Assembly: GCA_964016885.1 (NCBI GenBank) | Contig: OZ024740.1 | Location: 334,614,001 to 334,678,000 of the forward strand | Direction: 5' to 3' | Source of the DNA: Eledone cirrhosa | Taxonomy: Eukaryota | Length of the DNA: 64,000 bases | Notes under the pieces: generated by a model | Database searches by the model: none | What the model saw: only the letters and a program-made list of their open reading frames with translations | What the model was told of the DNA's origin: nothing | Part shown: piece after piece, positions 44,723 to 61,812 of the stretch | Numbering within the stretch: the first letter of the stretch is position 1 | Layout of the letters: every line of letters begins with the position of its first letter | Translations under genes and position numbers: made by a program

Positions 44723-44853
44723 AATACAAGCATACATGTATTTATTATATATATATTTTAATTAAAAAATAATTAATAATAATAAGGATGGGAAGAAGAA
44801 TAAGAAAAAGTTGGACCGAGGTGTCAAAATATCATCATTATATTTATTCACTA

Positions 44854-45037
44854 GTGAATTGGCAGTATCAGTAGAGGGTTGGACGCCATGCTTTCTAGCA
44901 TAGTTACGTCCCTTTACGGTTTGAGTTCAAATCCCGTCGAGGTTAACTTTGCCTTTCATCCTTACGGGGTCGATAAAATAAAGTACCAGTAGTGTACTGG
45001 GTAATTGCTGGCCTTGTGCCAAAAGTAGAAACAATTA
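44854..45037 (+). mobile_element. SINE family 1 with a 19-bp TSD, inserted in a decayed fold-back cassette (about 44770-45196)
   Basis: TSD ATTATATTTATTCACTAGT at 44837 and 45034. Flanking AAATATCATCATTATA / TATAATGATGATATTT are inverted. Confidence 0.9.
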
Positions 45038-45198
45038 TATTTATTCACTAGTATGATGAAATATGGATTCAAGAGTTGCGGGCAATTGATATTTATCTTA
45101 CATTGAGCTGATCGATGATGAAACGAGCATCACACGTGAATATATATAATGATGATATTTTCACATCTCGTTTCTCCTCATTATTATTATAATTAACG

Positions 45199-45402
45199 AG
45201 CGGTGGATTGGCAGTATCGGTAGAGGGTCAGACGCCATGCTTTGCAAGCAAAGAGTTACGGCCCTTTATTGTCTGAGTTCAAATCCCGCCGAGGTTAACT
45301 TTGCCTTTCATCCTTATATGGTCGATAAAATAAAGTACCAGTAATACACTTAGAAAATTGCTGGCTTTGTGCCAAAAGTAGAAAAAATTATTATTATTAT
45401 TA
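45199..45402 (+). mobile_element. SINE family 1, full length with (TTA)n tail
   Basis: GCGGTGGATTGGCAGTATCGG (A-box-like) ... GAGTTCAAATCCC (B-box). Confidence 0.9.
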
Positions 45403-45724
45403 GCACCTTACGTATAAAGGAGATCAAACATATTATAACACCAAATGTGCAATACCTCGGAACTTCCCGGACCACTTAGGCCACGAGTGTTCACATTGCC
45501 GAACAAATATTGAAGTAAGTATATATACATACATATATAAAGAGGTGGTGGCTTGAATGGAGCTGTTTTAAAGAATTAACAACTGAACCTGAAAATTATA
45601 TGAGTAATCAATTCAAATGGAGTAGCATCACCCGATATATATATTTGATATATATATATATATTTAATATATTTTTATCCTTATCGCGCCCTCTTTGGAT
45701 TTTAGTCTTCAAATTTATTATTAT

Positions 45725-45765
<41 letters not shown>

Positions 45766-45785
45766 GGTGTGTGGGTGTGTGTGTG

Positions 45786-45849
<64 letters not shown>

Positions 45850-46548
45850 GGTACACACTACATCACCATCAGTTTACATAATCATGTAATTGAACCTGAA
45901 GTGGCATTGGGTCCCAATGCTGGAACATAGTTTACTAATCCCCGGGATACCACATGTATCTAAATAGCTTGAGTTCCCTTTCACATTTACTCGCAAGCAA
46001 TTTCCTGTCAAACCAACCTTTGCCCTTATATGCAACAAGGAACAAGATCAGATGTATGATGCATTATCACGAATTACAAAAAAGGAGAATATAAAAATAT
46101 TAAATGAAAGAGGTCTGTTTGCTGACAACTATGTCTACAAAAAAATTCGACAGTGATGTGAAACACTATCACTCTCTTTTAGTTGAAATGCATTTCAGTT
46201 TCTTTTTAACTGCTAGAAAAGAAGTCTATATGTGAATATAGTGAAACAATAATATAGGGAAGGTCAACTCTTCATATTGTTAAATGTAATTCATTCATTC
46301 ATACCAGCAGCATCTATTTTCAAATTCACTGCTTGAAGCTTCCCATCGACATTCTCAAGTGAAGATTCATGAACATTTTCCGTCAACAGTTTCATCGCTT
46401 TTCCATCTCTATTATCACCTCTTTTTAAATGTATCATGGATTACTTTACTGATTACAGAAGTAAGTGTAACACAGTCTTCGTTCAGCATTTTGTCAATTT
46501 AAGTATCATATCTATGTGAATATATATTTGCGTACATTAATATGTACA

Positions 46549-46651
46549 GCCGAGGTTGACTTTGCCTTTCATCCTTACGGGGTCGATAAAATAAAGTACC
46601 AGTAATGCACTGGGTAATTGCTGGCCTTGTGCCTAAAGTAGAAACAATTAA
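46549..46651 (+). mobile_element. SINE family 1, 5'-truncated, TSD ATTAATATGTACA
   Basis: Family match with a flanking direct repeat. Confidence 0.88.
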
Positions 46652-46982
46652 TATGTACACTATATATGCTAGCAGAGAATCGCTCGAGGGCGGTTCTTCT
46701 ACTAGTATTAATAATAACTATTTTGACTGAAATTTGAAATAGCAACATCAAAAATGGTCCATCCCCAAAACAACAAGTGTTTTTCTTAAACCAAGTTGCT
46801 GCTGAACAAGTCGATTCCTAATTGTATAATAGAATAATTGCTTAATAACAACTCACATCTCAGAAATACGTAAAACTGTGAATTACCTAATAAAGTGAAT
46901 TATGGAACATCTGTTTTCATATTCGTTATGCACTTCGTTTTCATTATCTATGAGGATGACGATCATTGATACAATCAATAAC

Positions 46983-47055
46983 TGTTTCTACTTTAGGCAC
47001 AAGGCCAGCAAATTACCCAGTGCATTACTGGTACTTTATTTCATCGACCCCAACG
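46983..47055 (-). mobile_element. SINE family 1, 3' fragment
   Basis: Family match. Confidence 0.8.
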
Positions 47056-47939
47056 GTTTACATTCATTTCTTCGGAAGGTACAGACATTTATATAAATAT
47101 AAGCATACCCAACAATTATAGACATGCGGTTACTTATATACATATGTATATATAGATATTTGTTATAAGTAGATAAATATATATCACATGAATATGCATT
47201 ACCTTAATACATAAGCAGACATACATTCCCATTGTTCTTTTCATTGCTTAACTATCTAACGGTCGGAAATATTGTTATAATTAGATGCGATTTGAACTCA
47301 GAATATGCAGAGCCTATAACTGACGCTGCAAATTAACATCGTATTTATTGATTCAGAAAGAATGTAAGTCAAATATAGCCTCATTCTGATTTAGATTTAG
47401 AGCGCATAAACCCAAACAAAAACCGAAGCAATAATCTGACGCGCTATAGACATTTCTACACGAAGATATTCTCTCAATATTCATTCACACATATATTCAT
47501 AAAACAACGCAACGAATATGAGAAAAATAAAAGTAAAAGAATGGAGAAGAGCAAAAGAGTGTTTAGAAGGACGAAAAGCAACCAAGTATTGGGAAACTAG
47601 AGGAAGTGGAACTTGTGGTATATATTTTAAGTTCAACTGGCTGTTGAATGGAGATTAACACAACAATTTAATAAATAAATTCCTGTCACATCGTCCACCA
47701 GTAAACTTGTTTCAAAGAATGGACAAGTATATATTTGTATGATATCAAACTGGAATGTCATTCAACAATGAAACTGCCTGATTATTGAATATGAAGTTAA
47801 GGGTCTATTACATATAATAGAAGTTTCGTTTTCCGTCAATATTAAATATTTTTCATCAATCTTAGGTTATTCGGAATATCTTAATATCTGTGTACCTACT
47901 TCTAGATATTCAGATATTTACACTAAATACACACACACA

Positions 47940-47999
<60 letters not shown>

Positions 48000-48017
48000 C
48001 ATATATACATATATATA

Positions 48018-48157
<140 letters not shown>

Positions 48158-49296
48158 TGTGTGTATTTATATACATATATGTATATATATGATATATATA
48201 TATATATATATATTTGTTTGTGTGTGCGTGTGTGTATGTGAGTGTGTGTTGTGTGTGTCTCTTATCATATATATAAACATATGCAGATCTATATTTTTAT
48301 TGATTCATTGAATTTCACTTAACTTCATCATGAAAGTATTCTCAACCATTCTTTCTTTATCGTTTTTCGTATTAGAGAAACATGTACAATTTTATGAGAA
48401 ATTGAGTAAATATGTTTGTGCAGTTATTTTGATATATGGTTGTAAAAGTATGCATTTTAATTTGAAATATTCTATATCGCCATAACACAGAGGTCATTCA
48501 AAAAGATAATTACTTTTTTAAAACGAACCAATATTTCATTATCTTTATAAACAATGCTCTGCACGTTTTGTTATAATCTACTACAACACATATCATATTA
48601 GTTTCTCTGGCTTAGGCGCTAAAGGCTCATGTGTAAACTATTTTGTCGGTATTATGGTTGTTTTTTTTTTTTCTGTTTTTCTTCTCGTAAGTTTATTGTT
48701 TCACGTTTGTGTTTGCTACAGTTATCTTTTTCTTTCGTTCATATTTCATGCTGTGGCGTTAGTGGCATAACTCTTGTCATTACATTTGTCAAGGTGCTAA
48801 AGACATACACCTTATAGACTGTTGGTTGTATTTCAAAATACATCTGTTTTTTCCTAGATATATAGTTTTTTGCAGCTTAACTTTCCTATTACCGAGAAGG
48901 TCTATTTCACTAAAAATATAACAAACATTATAAATAAATGTTGAAACCTATTAAAGAAAAGTATCAATCTATTTTGTCTTTCTTACGACAGCAGGAGAAA
49001 TCTTCCATATAAATCAACAATATAAATGGATGCCGAATTCTCACTATGAGATGTTTACGTTTGTTTAACTATGTATTTATCGTTGAAATGTAATATGCAT
49101 ACATATCTATATGTATATATATCTTTTGTGTGTGCGTGTGTGCGTGTGTGCGTGTGTGCTTGTGTGGGTGTGCAAGCGTGTGTGTGTGGGTGAGGGTTGG
49201 TGTGTGTTTGAGTAGAGTGTCTACGTAGCTAATCCTTGAAATACAACTAATAATTATACTCAATGAATAATAGGATGCAGACATTATATATATATA

Positions 49297-50390
49297 TAGG
49301 AACAAGTAGGACCCCGACGGCTGAGCTCAAGCCGTTTCGACGGCTAATTCTGGACTAAATAAAAATGTTTATCCTGGTAAATGAATAGCTGAACTTCTCA
49401 GGCGGTAATTCCATATATGGTAAAAGTGATTGTCACAAGGATTGGTCAAAAGTTTGTTGTTAGGACACATGATTCTATCATGCATTAGGTAGGGGTAGCT
49501 GAACTTGCCAGTAGAAGAAAAAGGGAGAGGGAGTGGATGAAACCCAGTCAAGCGTTGAAAGTGTTAACTACAGCAGATTCTAAGGATAGTGTATAGAAGG
49601 TCGAAAAGAGTATACTAGAGAAGGAGAGGGGGAGGAAGTTGAAATAATAAGTAAATCTAAATGGAGTAAATATATAGAAAATATAAACAATATAAAAAAT
49701 ATAAAAAATATAAAAAATATAAAAAAAAGAATTTCTGGTTACTAGTCCCCTTCCACAATCTCTCACTGGTACTGCTAAGCTATAGAAAAGTTTAATAGGT
49801 GGGAAGGAATACTAAATACGAGATTGAAGTGAAAGAATTTTATGAGTTAGTAGTAATCGGCCAAATCTATCTTACAATGACAGGTCAACAAGTAGAGGGC
49901 CAACATACTAAAAAAAACTAATACGAAATAATAATTCAGAATCCTGAAACTAATACGAAATATTAATTCAGAATCCCGAAACATGAATACTAATACGATA
50001 TATATAAATACTGCTACAATACATGAATTATATTGCAATCTACATAAATACTCGTACAATATATATGAAAAACTATTACGAAAAATTAATTCAGAATCCC
50101 AAAAAATAAATACTGATATACGAGAAACTAAACCAGAAATACCATTAAGAAATCTAGAAATCAAGGAAATGGGGCAGCAACCAGAGAAGAAACATAGTAT
50201 CTGGGGTCTAGCACATCTGCTATAAAAAACGGATTCGGCCAATTCTATCATAAAATAAAAGGGGTGGGGTACTGAGGCTACAGAGGGCCGATGGGCTGCG
50301 TCGGGGTGGGGGAGAAGGTGAAAAGAACGACGACAAAGAAGGAGATCTGGAGTGGAAGGACTAGGAAGGGATGGGGGGAAGAAATAAATA
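49297..50390 (-). mobile_element. Non-coding PLE-like segment ending in a decayed hammerhead (49309-49397)
   Basis: Minus strand GAAA CGGCU UGAGCUC AGCCG UC GGGGU. Related pieces at 44450-44600 and 50660-50790. (TA)n bounded. Confidence 0.5.
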
Positions 50391-50401
50391 TATATATATT
50401 C

Positions 50402-50516
50402 TACTTTTCAATTCTACTTTTGAAAAGAACAAGAACTGCGAAATCGGTAAAGGAACCAGAAAAATATATTTAAAAAAAAAAAAGACTCTAGTTGCCTTTT
50501 CGATTTCATCTTTTTT

Positions 50517-50520
<4 letters not shown>
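50402..50520 (+). mobile_element. Neptune PLE 3' terminal fragment with decayed U3-A8 HHR
   Basis: CTTTTGAAAAGAACAAGAACTGCGAAATCGGTAAAGG. Confidence 0.8.
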
Positions 50521-50570
<50 letters not shown>

Positions 50571-50786
50571 AAGTACTTCCACAACAGTTAGTTCACCATA
50601 CCGAGAACAAATGTTTCACCTTATGCGGATCTTCATCACGGTCTGATATATATATATATAGGAAAAGAATCAGGAGCTCAGCCGTCAGACACCTTCCCTA
50701 TTGCACACTCTACTACCCTAAGTATTGAGTACTCTGGTGCGTTATGGTCCACATGGTCCATATGGCATCTTACCATACCCTCTTTG

Positions 50787-50839
<53 letters not shown>

Positions 50840-50854
50840 TATATATATATATGT

Positions 50855-50938
<84 letters not shown>

Positions 50939-50942
<4 letters not shown>

Positions 50943-53862
50943 GGCGGGGGAGTCGAAACACAATCATTTTCAAGGAACCTTAATTCCACGGCATTCATAG
51001 AGTTTCAAAAAGTATTTTTAATAAACAATTAAATACCCTAATTTTCTATATTAATCATATAATCTCTAACACATATATACTAAATTGCTTATGGATATGA
51101 AACATTTGATCATATTTCACAGTAGAAACCTTGTTTAAAACATGTGACGAATAAAGATAGAAAAAACATTGAGATATAAGACAATTGGTAGGTAGGTACC
51201 CCTCCAACATGGTAAAATTACAACTTTTCAATGTGTTAAATTGATATTTTTAGAAAATGTATACATTTGTTAAATGATTTTCTTTCGCTTTCCACATTAT
51301 TTCAGAGCTAAATTGTATTATAATTTTTCAAAAATACCTACATAAATTCAATCTAATAATTTAAGTATATAGAATTATATAATGGCAACTAGAAATAAAA
51401 CCGTGATTCAGCATTTGGATTTCTTGCATAATTTCCTACAGCAATGAGCCCATCAAATTCTGATGTATTCCGACATTATTTATACATAAAAAATAATGCG
51501 AAGAACAGATATCAAAAACTTCACACACAGTGAAAGAATGCTACTGGATTGTTGCTGCAGATGTGCAAACAATATGGGATGATTTCCTTTCCCTTATATT
51601 GGGTTTTACGGAATAGCTCTTCAAATTGAGAGATTCATTGAATCAGTTTATAAATTAAACAAAATCCCTATCAAGCAAATAGGAGATAGTTCTGATAAGA
51701 AATTAGAGGAGTTCAATGAAATGTTTGATATATGCACCTGCACGTGTTATGACAATCAAATAAAAAGATCTGACTGTAGGTCTGACATAAGAATACCAAT
51801 AATGGAATGGGAATTATTTGTTGGACAGAAAATAAATTTAACCAGTTAGGGCCTGTAGATGGAGAAATAACTTCAGGTAGAAAAGGAACTGCAAAAAGAG
51901 CGAAAAGATTTGAAAACAGGATGGCAAAATGTGCTTAGAAGGTAACCAAGTGATATTAATCAAGGTAGTTGTGACTCATGTGACAATGAGGACGATGACA
52001 TCGACTCTGTTCCTGGCAATCAACTGAGAGAAAACCAATAAAACAGATGTACTTATGAGAATCTAGCCATCACAGCAGACATATATCGGGTAAGCTGCAG
52101 AGCTGCTGCTGCCATTGTTAATGCAGCTTTGAGATTTGAGAGATATGGGAATTTTAATTGATACAAATTATAAAAATGAAAACAGAAAATCCAAAGATCG
52201 ACTGCATCGGACTGCATCAGTTTTGATGGCAGAAAGGATAAGACTAAAACAGCAAGAGGGATGGAAAGTGAAGAGCACTATGTTTTTGTGAAAGAGCCCG
52301 GTGTTGTGTATTTAGATCACGTTTCCCCAGTTAATGTAACAGCTCGTTGCATTGCAGAAATAATTATGACTTTTTTAATTGATTCTGACAGTCAAGAAAG
52401 TTTAAAGGCTGTATTTTGTGATGACATTCCAGTAAACACTGGTCATTTAGGAGGGGTAATTAAAATAATCGAATTATACATCAGTGTCTGATATGGTTGC
52501 TACATACAAATGAGCTTCCGTTTCGTATTTGAATCCATAAATAGAAAAACAACAGGATCACGAACATCAGAAGGGTTAATTGGCAATAGAATTAAAGATG
52601 TAACAGACTTAAAGATAATCAAATTTTCTCCAGTAAAAACTAAAGGGAAGGAATTGCCCTTAGAAGTTGTTGATACTTTAAGCCCAGATCAAACATATCT
52701 GTATGGAATGAGCCTCAGTATTGAGACAGGGTTTGTTTCTGAGCAGTTAGCAGCTAGATCACCTGGTAAAATCTATCATGCAAGGTGGTTAACACGTGCA
52801 AACATAATATTTCGCTTACATGTTTCGAGGAAAAATCTCGAAAAAAATATTATGGACCTTCTTAAAATCATAACGCAAGTTTATAATCCAAGATGGTTCT
52901 GGATTAAATCTTATCCAAAGTTACATGAAGGAGCAAGTAATGTTTCGTATATGGCACATCCAATGCAAGATATGAACCAAGATCAGAAAGAAATTATGGA
53001 GAAATCATTAAAAACTGATTCGTATTTTGCCTATCCGAAATATATTTTACTGACTATGCTGAATGATGGACGAACACAAATTAGGGATGTAGCAATTCAG
53101 CGAATTATTAAAGCAAGAACCTTTCATCGAGGTCCCATGAAGAATTAAGAAATTTGAAACTACCGAGCAAAATTAATTTTGAAGCACAGGATTATATTGA
53201 TTTGATTAACGGGGAAAATGAATTTATAACATCGCCTCCAGTTTTACGGAAATTTACAAATGTAGATCTTCTTAAAGCTCGTTCAGAAACATCAATAGCT
53301 ATAGCCCTTCCCTGTCATAGCCAAGGAATTGAACATGCTCTCAATTTAGTAACAAAAGCTTCTGAAGTCAGAATAGGCTACGAAAATAGGCACAAATTCA
53401 TATTATATGTGCTGAAATCGAATGAGTTTACCTCATTTTGACTAGAAAAGACATTTAATTAAATAGTAAATAATATCAATGCTTATGTTATAGTGTTCAT
53501 ACTTCATGTAATTCATTTGAGGTTTGCGCATATTTTTTTTATTGCAAATCCTAATAATCATTAAGAATTTACATTATTTATACGTTGAAAGTGCTTTTCT
53601 TAAAACAATTTATACAAACTATATAAATAAATACATTCCAATAACTGTTATTTTTTTCAGGTGTGAATACAAAGTTAATAGCAATAAAACAAGTTTTCAG
53701 TTCCATAAATTTTCAGTAATCAAAACGCAGAATTAGGGGGCTATGCGAGGTGTAGTGATGATCGCATACTTTTTAAAAATTCTGTTGATTTATTTCTGAC
53801 CAAAACGATCACTAAACGATATGTGGATACAGAATATAAAATGTCACCCCCCCCCCCCCCAT
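50939..53862 (+). mobile_element. Decayed DNA transposon, hAT-superfamily-like (hATm/hATx type) transposase pseudogene at about 51382-53441
   Basis: FDGRKD, KEPG..YLDH, CDD..VNTG..GGVI, HARWLTRAN, CHSQGIEHALNLVT. G-rich and C-rich termini. The superfamily call is from motif memory. Confidence 0.7.
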
Positions 53863-54061
53863 TGTATATATATATATATATATATATATTTATTTATTAT
53901 AGAGAAGACTTCTACAGGAGTAGAACTGTTTCATTCGGAAGAAATCATCAGGGAGCCTATATATATATGTGGGTGTGTTTGTGTGTTAGGTAATTCCGAT
54001 GGAAAAGTAAAGGAAAAAAGAGTGCACACACACACTCACACTCACACACACATATATATAT

Positions 54062-54101
<40 letters not shown>

Positions 54102-54146
54102 ATAGATAAATATACACGGGTGTGTATGATTGTGTATAGAAGATTA

Positions 54147-54527
54147 TATTAATAAAAGGAATTCCAACTTTATCTGATTTACTCGTTTTATTTACAATCC
54201 TTTAACATTTTTAATGGTATTATAATGAAATAATATGGTAGAATATTAAATGTTAAGTGTTAATTGAACAAGTACTTTCATGCTTTGGCAATCTTCAGGT
54301 TCATAATGTATGGTGACAGTCAAGTTTGCAATTTTCAACAGTTGAAAATTGCAAACTTGACTGTCACCACACATTATGAACCTGAAGATTGCGAAAGCAT
54401 GAAAGTACTTGTTCAATTAACACTTAACATTTAATATTCTACCATACTATTTCATTCTAATACCATTATAAATTTTAAAGGATTGTAAATAAAACGAGTA
54501 AATCAGACAAAGCTGGAATTCCTTTTA

Positions 54528-54533
<6 letters not shown>
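54147..54533. mobile_element. Near-perfect fold-back hammerhead cassette, about 190-bp arms, 1-nt loop at 54340
   Basis: ...TTTTCAAC A GTTGAAAA... with an HHR in each arm. Confidence 0.92.
54377..54415 (+). ncRNA. Minimal type I hammerhead ribozyme (mirror copy on minus strand 54265-54303)
   Basis: UGAAC CUGAAGA UUGC GAAA GCAU GAAA GUAC UU GUUCA. 5-bp stem I and palindromic stem III AGUACU. Confidence 0.82.
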
Positions 54534-54590
<57 letters not shown>

Positions 54591-54596
<6 letters not shown>

Positions 54597-55004
54597 ATAG
54601 AGGTGTAACACGCGAGTTATGATATATTGGTAATTGAAAAAGAAAATGCTGACAAATTGTTCCCAGTGAAAAATAGTTTAATTAGGAATAAGTAAAAATT
54701 AGTAATAGTATTGGTTAGTATTCAGTTTTGGTTCTGAGTTTTACCGGTTGCGCATTTCTAATGCTTTTCAAAATAATTTTGAGATAGAGCGCCCGTGATG
54801 TTTGCTCTAATCTGATTAGAACAAACATCACGGACGCTCTATCTCAAAATTATTTTGAAAAGCATTAGAAATGCGCAACCGGTAAAACTTAAAACCAAAA
54901 CTTAATACTAACCAATACTATTACTAATTTTTACTTATTTCGAATTAAACTATTTTTCACTGGGAACAATTTGTCAGCATTTTCTTTTCCATTTACCAAT
55001 ATAT
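54591..55004. mobile_element. Fold-back cassette (arms 54622-54812 / 54814-55004) with a U3-A8 hammerhead-like motif at 54853-54886
   Basis: Centre CTAATC T GATTAG. Motif UUGAAAA GCAU UAGAA AUGC GCAA CCGG UA. Confidence 0.88.
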
Positions 55005-55464
55005 ATATATACATAATAAACATATATATATATGTATATACTCCTATATATATACATATATGTATGTGTATATACATACATATATACATATATGTGTGTG
55101 TGTGTGTGTGTGGTTCAGTAGATTCGTAGATTACATATATATATATATGCACACAAATACATGTATATATATGCATTGTACAACAGAATGGAATACTTTT
55201 GTAATTATTAGATGCTGAACGTCGTGAACTATATAATTCATTAATATTCTTAAATTGCTTCATATTCTGGAACACAGTTTCCATTTACCCAATATGTATA
55301 GTTAAAGTAAACTTCTTGCATCTCTTAGTACAAGCAATGGTAACATTAATATACTAATATATTTGTTTCCGCTTATCTATGTACTTTTTATATTACTCTA
55401 TAGATTCTCTATCGAGTCAAATCACAAAAATCATAAACGAAATCATTATATAGGCCCCTTTACG

Positions 55465-55585
55465 AACTGAGTCCAAATCCCGCCGAGGTTAACTTTGCCT
55501 TTTATCCTTACGTGGTCGATAAAATATAGTACTAGTAATGTACTGGGATAATTGCTGGGCTTGTGCCAAAAGTAGAAACAATTAT
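55465..55585 (+). mobile_element. SINE family 1, 5'-truncated
   Basis: Family match. Confidence 0.82.
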
Positions 55586-56299
55586 TTAGATAGACAATAG
55601 CAAAACTATTATTGAGTTAAATGTGTTCGAACGATGAACGTTGTATAATTATTGCATTAATATATTATACATGTATGTTATCAGCACATTGCATTCCTAA
55701 ATTGGTAATAAAGTATGCTTCTCATTGTATGGCCAAATGTTATATATTATTTCAACAAATATAATACTGATGAGCTATGAGATTATGTATAAGGTCTCTA
55801 AATACTAAGGTTTTTTTTTTCTTATCGTACTGTGTTAATTTCTAATGTTTTGTGGCATATTCTTAGTGAAAACTTGTATATAACATCGCAGATAATATCA
55901 CTAAGACTACGAAAATTCTTTTTGCAATTTGTAATTGCAAAAATTTGGTCACTGCCATTCCTCCTCTGACAAATTCATGAAGCTGCTAATTTTTCGTACG
56001 TGTATAATGTGTTAACTTAATTTGTAAAATAAAAAAATTACTCTTACACAGAAAGGTAGGTGAGAATATTTTATCAACTTAATTATCTAATTTTGAAAGT
56101 AATATTAAATATTTAGCAAAAAAATAATTTTGCTTATCATAGATCAAGTATGTGAATTACATTGCTATATTACTGTTATACAATATATAAAAAATCGCAG
56201 ATGAACAAATGGTGCCTGCGATGGATGATGTAGTTGTGTTTAATACCAAAACCTGAAATTTAAACCGTAACGTATCATAATAAGTTTCTCGAGTACCAG

Positions 56300-56640
56300 A
56301 ATATCGAAGGTCCCACTTGGTCACGAATGACAATGGTTTTCCACCTAGAAAGTTACTCTCCTAGGCACAAGCCTGGGCAAGATTTGTTTTGTGGAAGACC
56401 TGTAGTCGCCCATGCATACAAGTGTCCCTTCTCCACGCCACCATTGTTGTCCAAGGGAAAGGAAATGCCCGATACAGCTTGGCACCAGTGACATGGCAAC
56501 TCATTTCTAGAGCAGAGTAAACTAGAGCAGCGTGAAATAGTGTGTGTCGCTCAAGGACAAAACTCATCACCCGATCTGAGAATCGAACTCACAATCTCTC
56601 AATTGCAAATCCAATGCTCTAACACTAAACCTTCACATAC
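56300..56640 (-). mobile_element. SINE family 2 with a LINE-like 3' tail
   Basis: GCTCAAGGAC...GAGAATCGAACTCAC head shared with 25160-25285. Confidence 0.6.
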
Positions 56641-57142
56641 TACAATATGCCTTCACATACTACAATATAAATATCAATTAATATACAGAATTGTACTTCT
56701 TTAGTAAGTAGAGCGTGATTGCAAGCTGATGCAGTTAATTTGAGGATGGCCCATTTAAGAACAAACAAAATATGCTCTATTTAATTATCCTTTAATTTCA
56801 CAATCATCTATCCCCTGTGAACTAACACATTTCCGTGATTTACAAGCACCGGCCAGCAACAGGAAATGTTGTCGCCTCCGCCTCCTATCCAATTTAGACA
56901 TGGCACTGCCGGCCTAACTCTACTCATAATAATAAAAAAGACGAAAATCTGAAGAGGGCTCGATAAGGATTGTAATATATAAATATATAAATATATAAAT
57001 ATATATATAATAATGAAATATATATAAACCACTAGATAAAATATATATTAATAGTACAGATTAATGTTTAAGCAAAGAATTGCTGCTTTCAACCTATTAC
57101 GGCATCTTCTGAAAGTGAGGAAAATCAATCTGTAGACGCAGA

Positions 57143-59509
<2,367 letters not shown>

Positions 59510-61487
59510 ATGTGTGTGAGTGTCTGTGTCGGTGTAACAGTCAGCTCTGTTGAGGATTTATTAAATATGATTATACCATTGAATATAAATGATATATAGT
59601 TAATATATCCAGACCTATTGCGTTGAGTGACCCATTATTAGGTTGTTTAAGTATAGCTTTTCCAGTGCTAATTGAATTGTTCAGCAATAAACCGAGTGTT
59701 CTAAAATATGTTACGTTCATTCAGGGCCACCAATAGTCACCTTTTGCTGTTTATATGTCGTTTCTCCCAACTAGCATATGTAAAAAAGGTCTTACATTTG
59801 ATGAATCTAACGTATCAACCTGCTTTAGAATATTCATTCTGTGAAGGAAATACTGATCTACATATTTAAGAACCCACTGTAATTTAGACTAATTTAAAGG
59901 TCAACGTTAAATAATTTGTAAAATTTAAAGTAAAATGATATGATACCATACAGGCGGACCGATTTACGTACTGCAATAACAGAGTAAAATCTTAGTTAAA
60001 AATTCAGCATTTAATTCACATACAAACACATTCAACATCATTTTCAAAAAATTTCACAGGTGCACTAATTAAATATTGTTTTATCCACAGTCATCGTAAT
60101 TTATGAATTTTGTTAATCATAATTCTAAAATGTATCATTTATTCATGTGCACGTGAAATGATATAATTTATATCGTTGTGATTTACTGAACACTGATATT
60201 GATTGTAAATAAGTATTCAAATGTGGAGAGAAAAAAATCATGCATGAAGTGATACACAGAGAAAGAATTAATCCTTTCAACAATCACAGAACTGAATGCA
60301 CATGTATAATTAAACTTTAAAAAGCTGTCTTTAAAGAAGGAAATGTTTTAAACGAAAGCTTAGTTGACGACTGCAGATTATTGGCGTAAGTGGAATAATC
60401 GATTCCACTACAATTTTCAATTCCGATGGACGAAAAGCAAATTCAAATCCGGTAGCATTTAAATTGGGGGAGGCATAAAGGAAGGAATTAACAGTCACAT
60501 TGTAGAGATTGAATGATTTTAACGTAGGTTTCTAGATAAGAAATAACAATGACATTTAGGCTCAGCCTTGCCTTTAAATATAACATGTGCGTAGCAAAAA
60601 TGATCGCATTGAGACCTTACGTTATGTATATGTGGTGTTGAAAACTCTTATTTACAAAAATATTCAATATACATTAAAAACAATAACAAAGATACGTTAA
60701 ATTTGTAGTGGAAATGATTTTACATGAATCACAGAAATTGGAATTAAAAATCGAATTTAATGTCAACGTAAAATTTGTCTTCATTACTTAGAGTAGCTGA
60801 TTACACACCTCGCAATAATAAAGAAAATATGTATTTAATGCAAACTGTTTAGAAGTGTTGTTAATAAATGTGAATGCAATGTATATTTACAGTAATAATT
60901 AACATAAAAATGAACTAATGTTGAAAGAAATACACAATATTGAAATCTATACACAGACTGAAATAAATGCAGGACACATTCAATAGCTTCCCTGGGTTTT
61001 ACCATCTTTCAATCAGCTAGAAGCTAATGAAAATCTATGGTCGTGTCGCCTCATGTCTAGAACCGCAAAGATAGCCGCATGAGCGTATTATTACTCATAT
61101 TCACCATGGTAAAAATACTGGTAATATGCGGAAACTGTCGATACATTAAGAAATAAAGAATATTGTACTGAGAATTTACAAATGTGTCTAACACTTGTAA
61201 ATGCTTAGGGAGTTAAATGTTTTGATATATAGCAGCATATCTTAAGGTGCGTTAATTTATCTGAAAAAATCTATACATCCTAAGTTTATGTAAGAACACT
61301 GCTTATGTTAGATGACAAACATCAGCTTGAAATTGGAAATTCTAATGAAAACATTGTTTCCTCGGTCCGTTTTACCGAAAATTGTTCGGCTGTCGATACA
61401 TACACCTACACACACACATACACACACACACACGCACACAAGACACACACATACACACACATATATATATATATACATATATATATA

Positions 61488-61766
61488 CTAGATCACCCGT
61501 GACACGTTGGTCGGTCACGTTACCGTAAAAGTAATTTTTAAATAATTAAAATATACACAGACATGTATATGATGTAATCTCAAATTGGAACGCCGATATA
61601 TGTATAGAAAAACCCGTATCTCGTTAGCCCATGCTCCGATTTACGCGAAACTTGTTTTATTTCATTTGTATTCCCATTTCAGGGGAAACGTCCTTTGAAA
61701 ATATTTTCCCATTATTCGCCGTTGTGGCTGTATTAAATTACAGACAAGCACACAATAATAGGGTTT

Positions 61767-61812
<46 letters not shown>

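Noticed and set aside
45199-45300. tRNA gene
   Set aside because: The A/B-box-like head belongs to a multicopy SINE with a tail and TSDs. No complete cloverleaf.
54147-55004. Fold-back cassettes as MITEs or pre-miRNAs
   Set aside because: Arms are asymmetric, lack fixed TIR termini, contain hammerhead cores, and one family is the 3' end of a PLE
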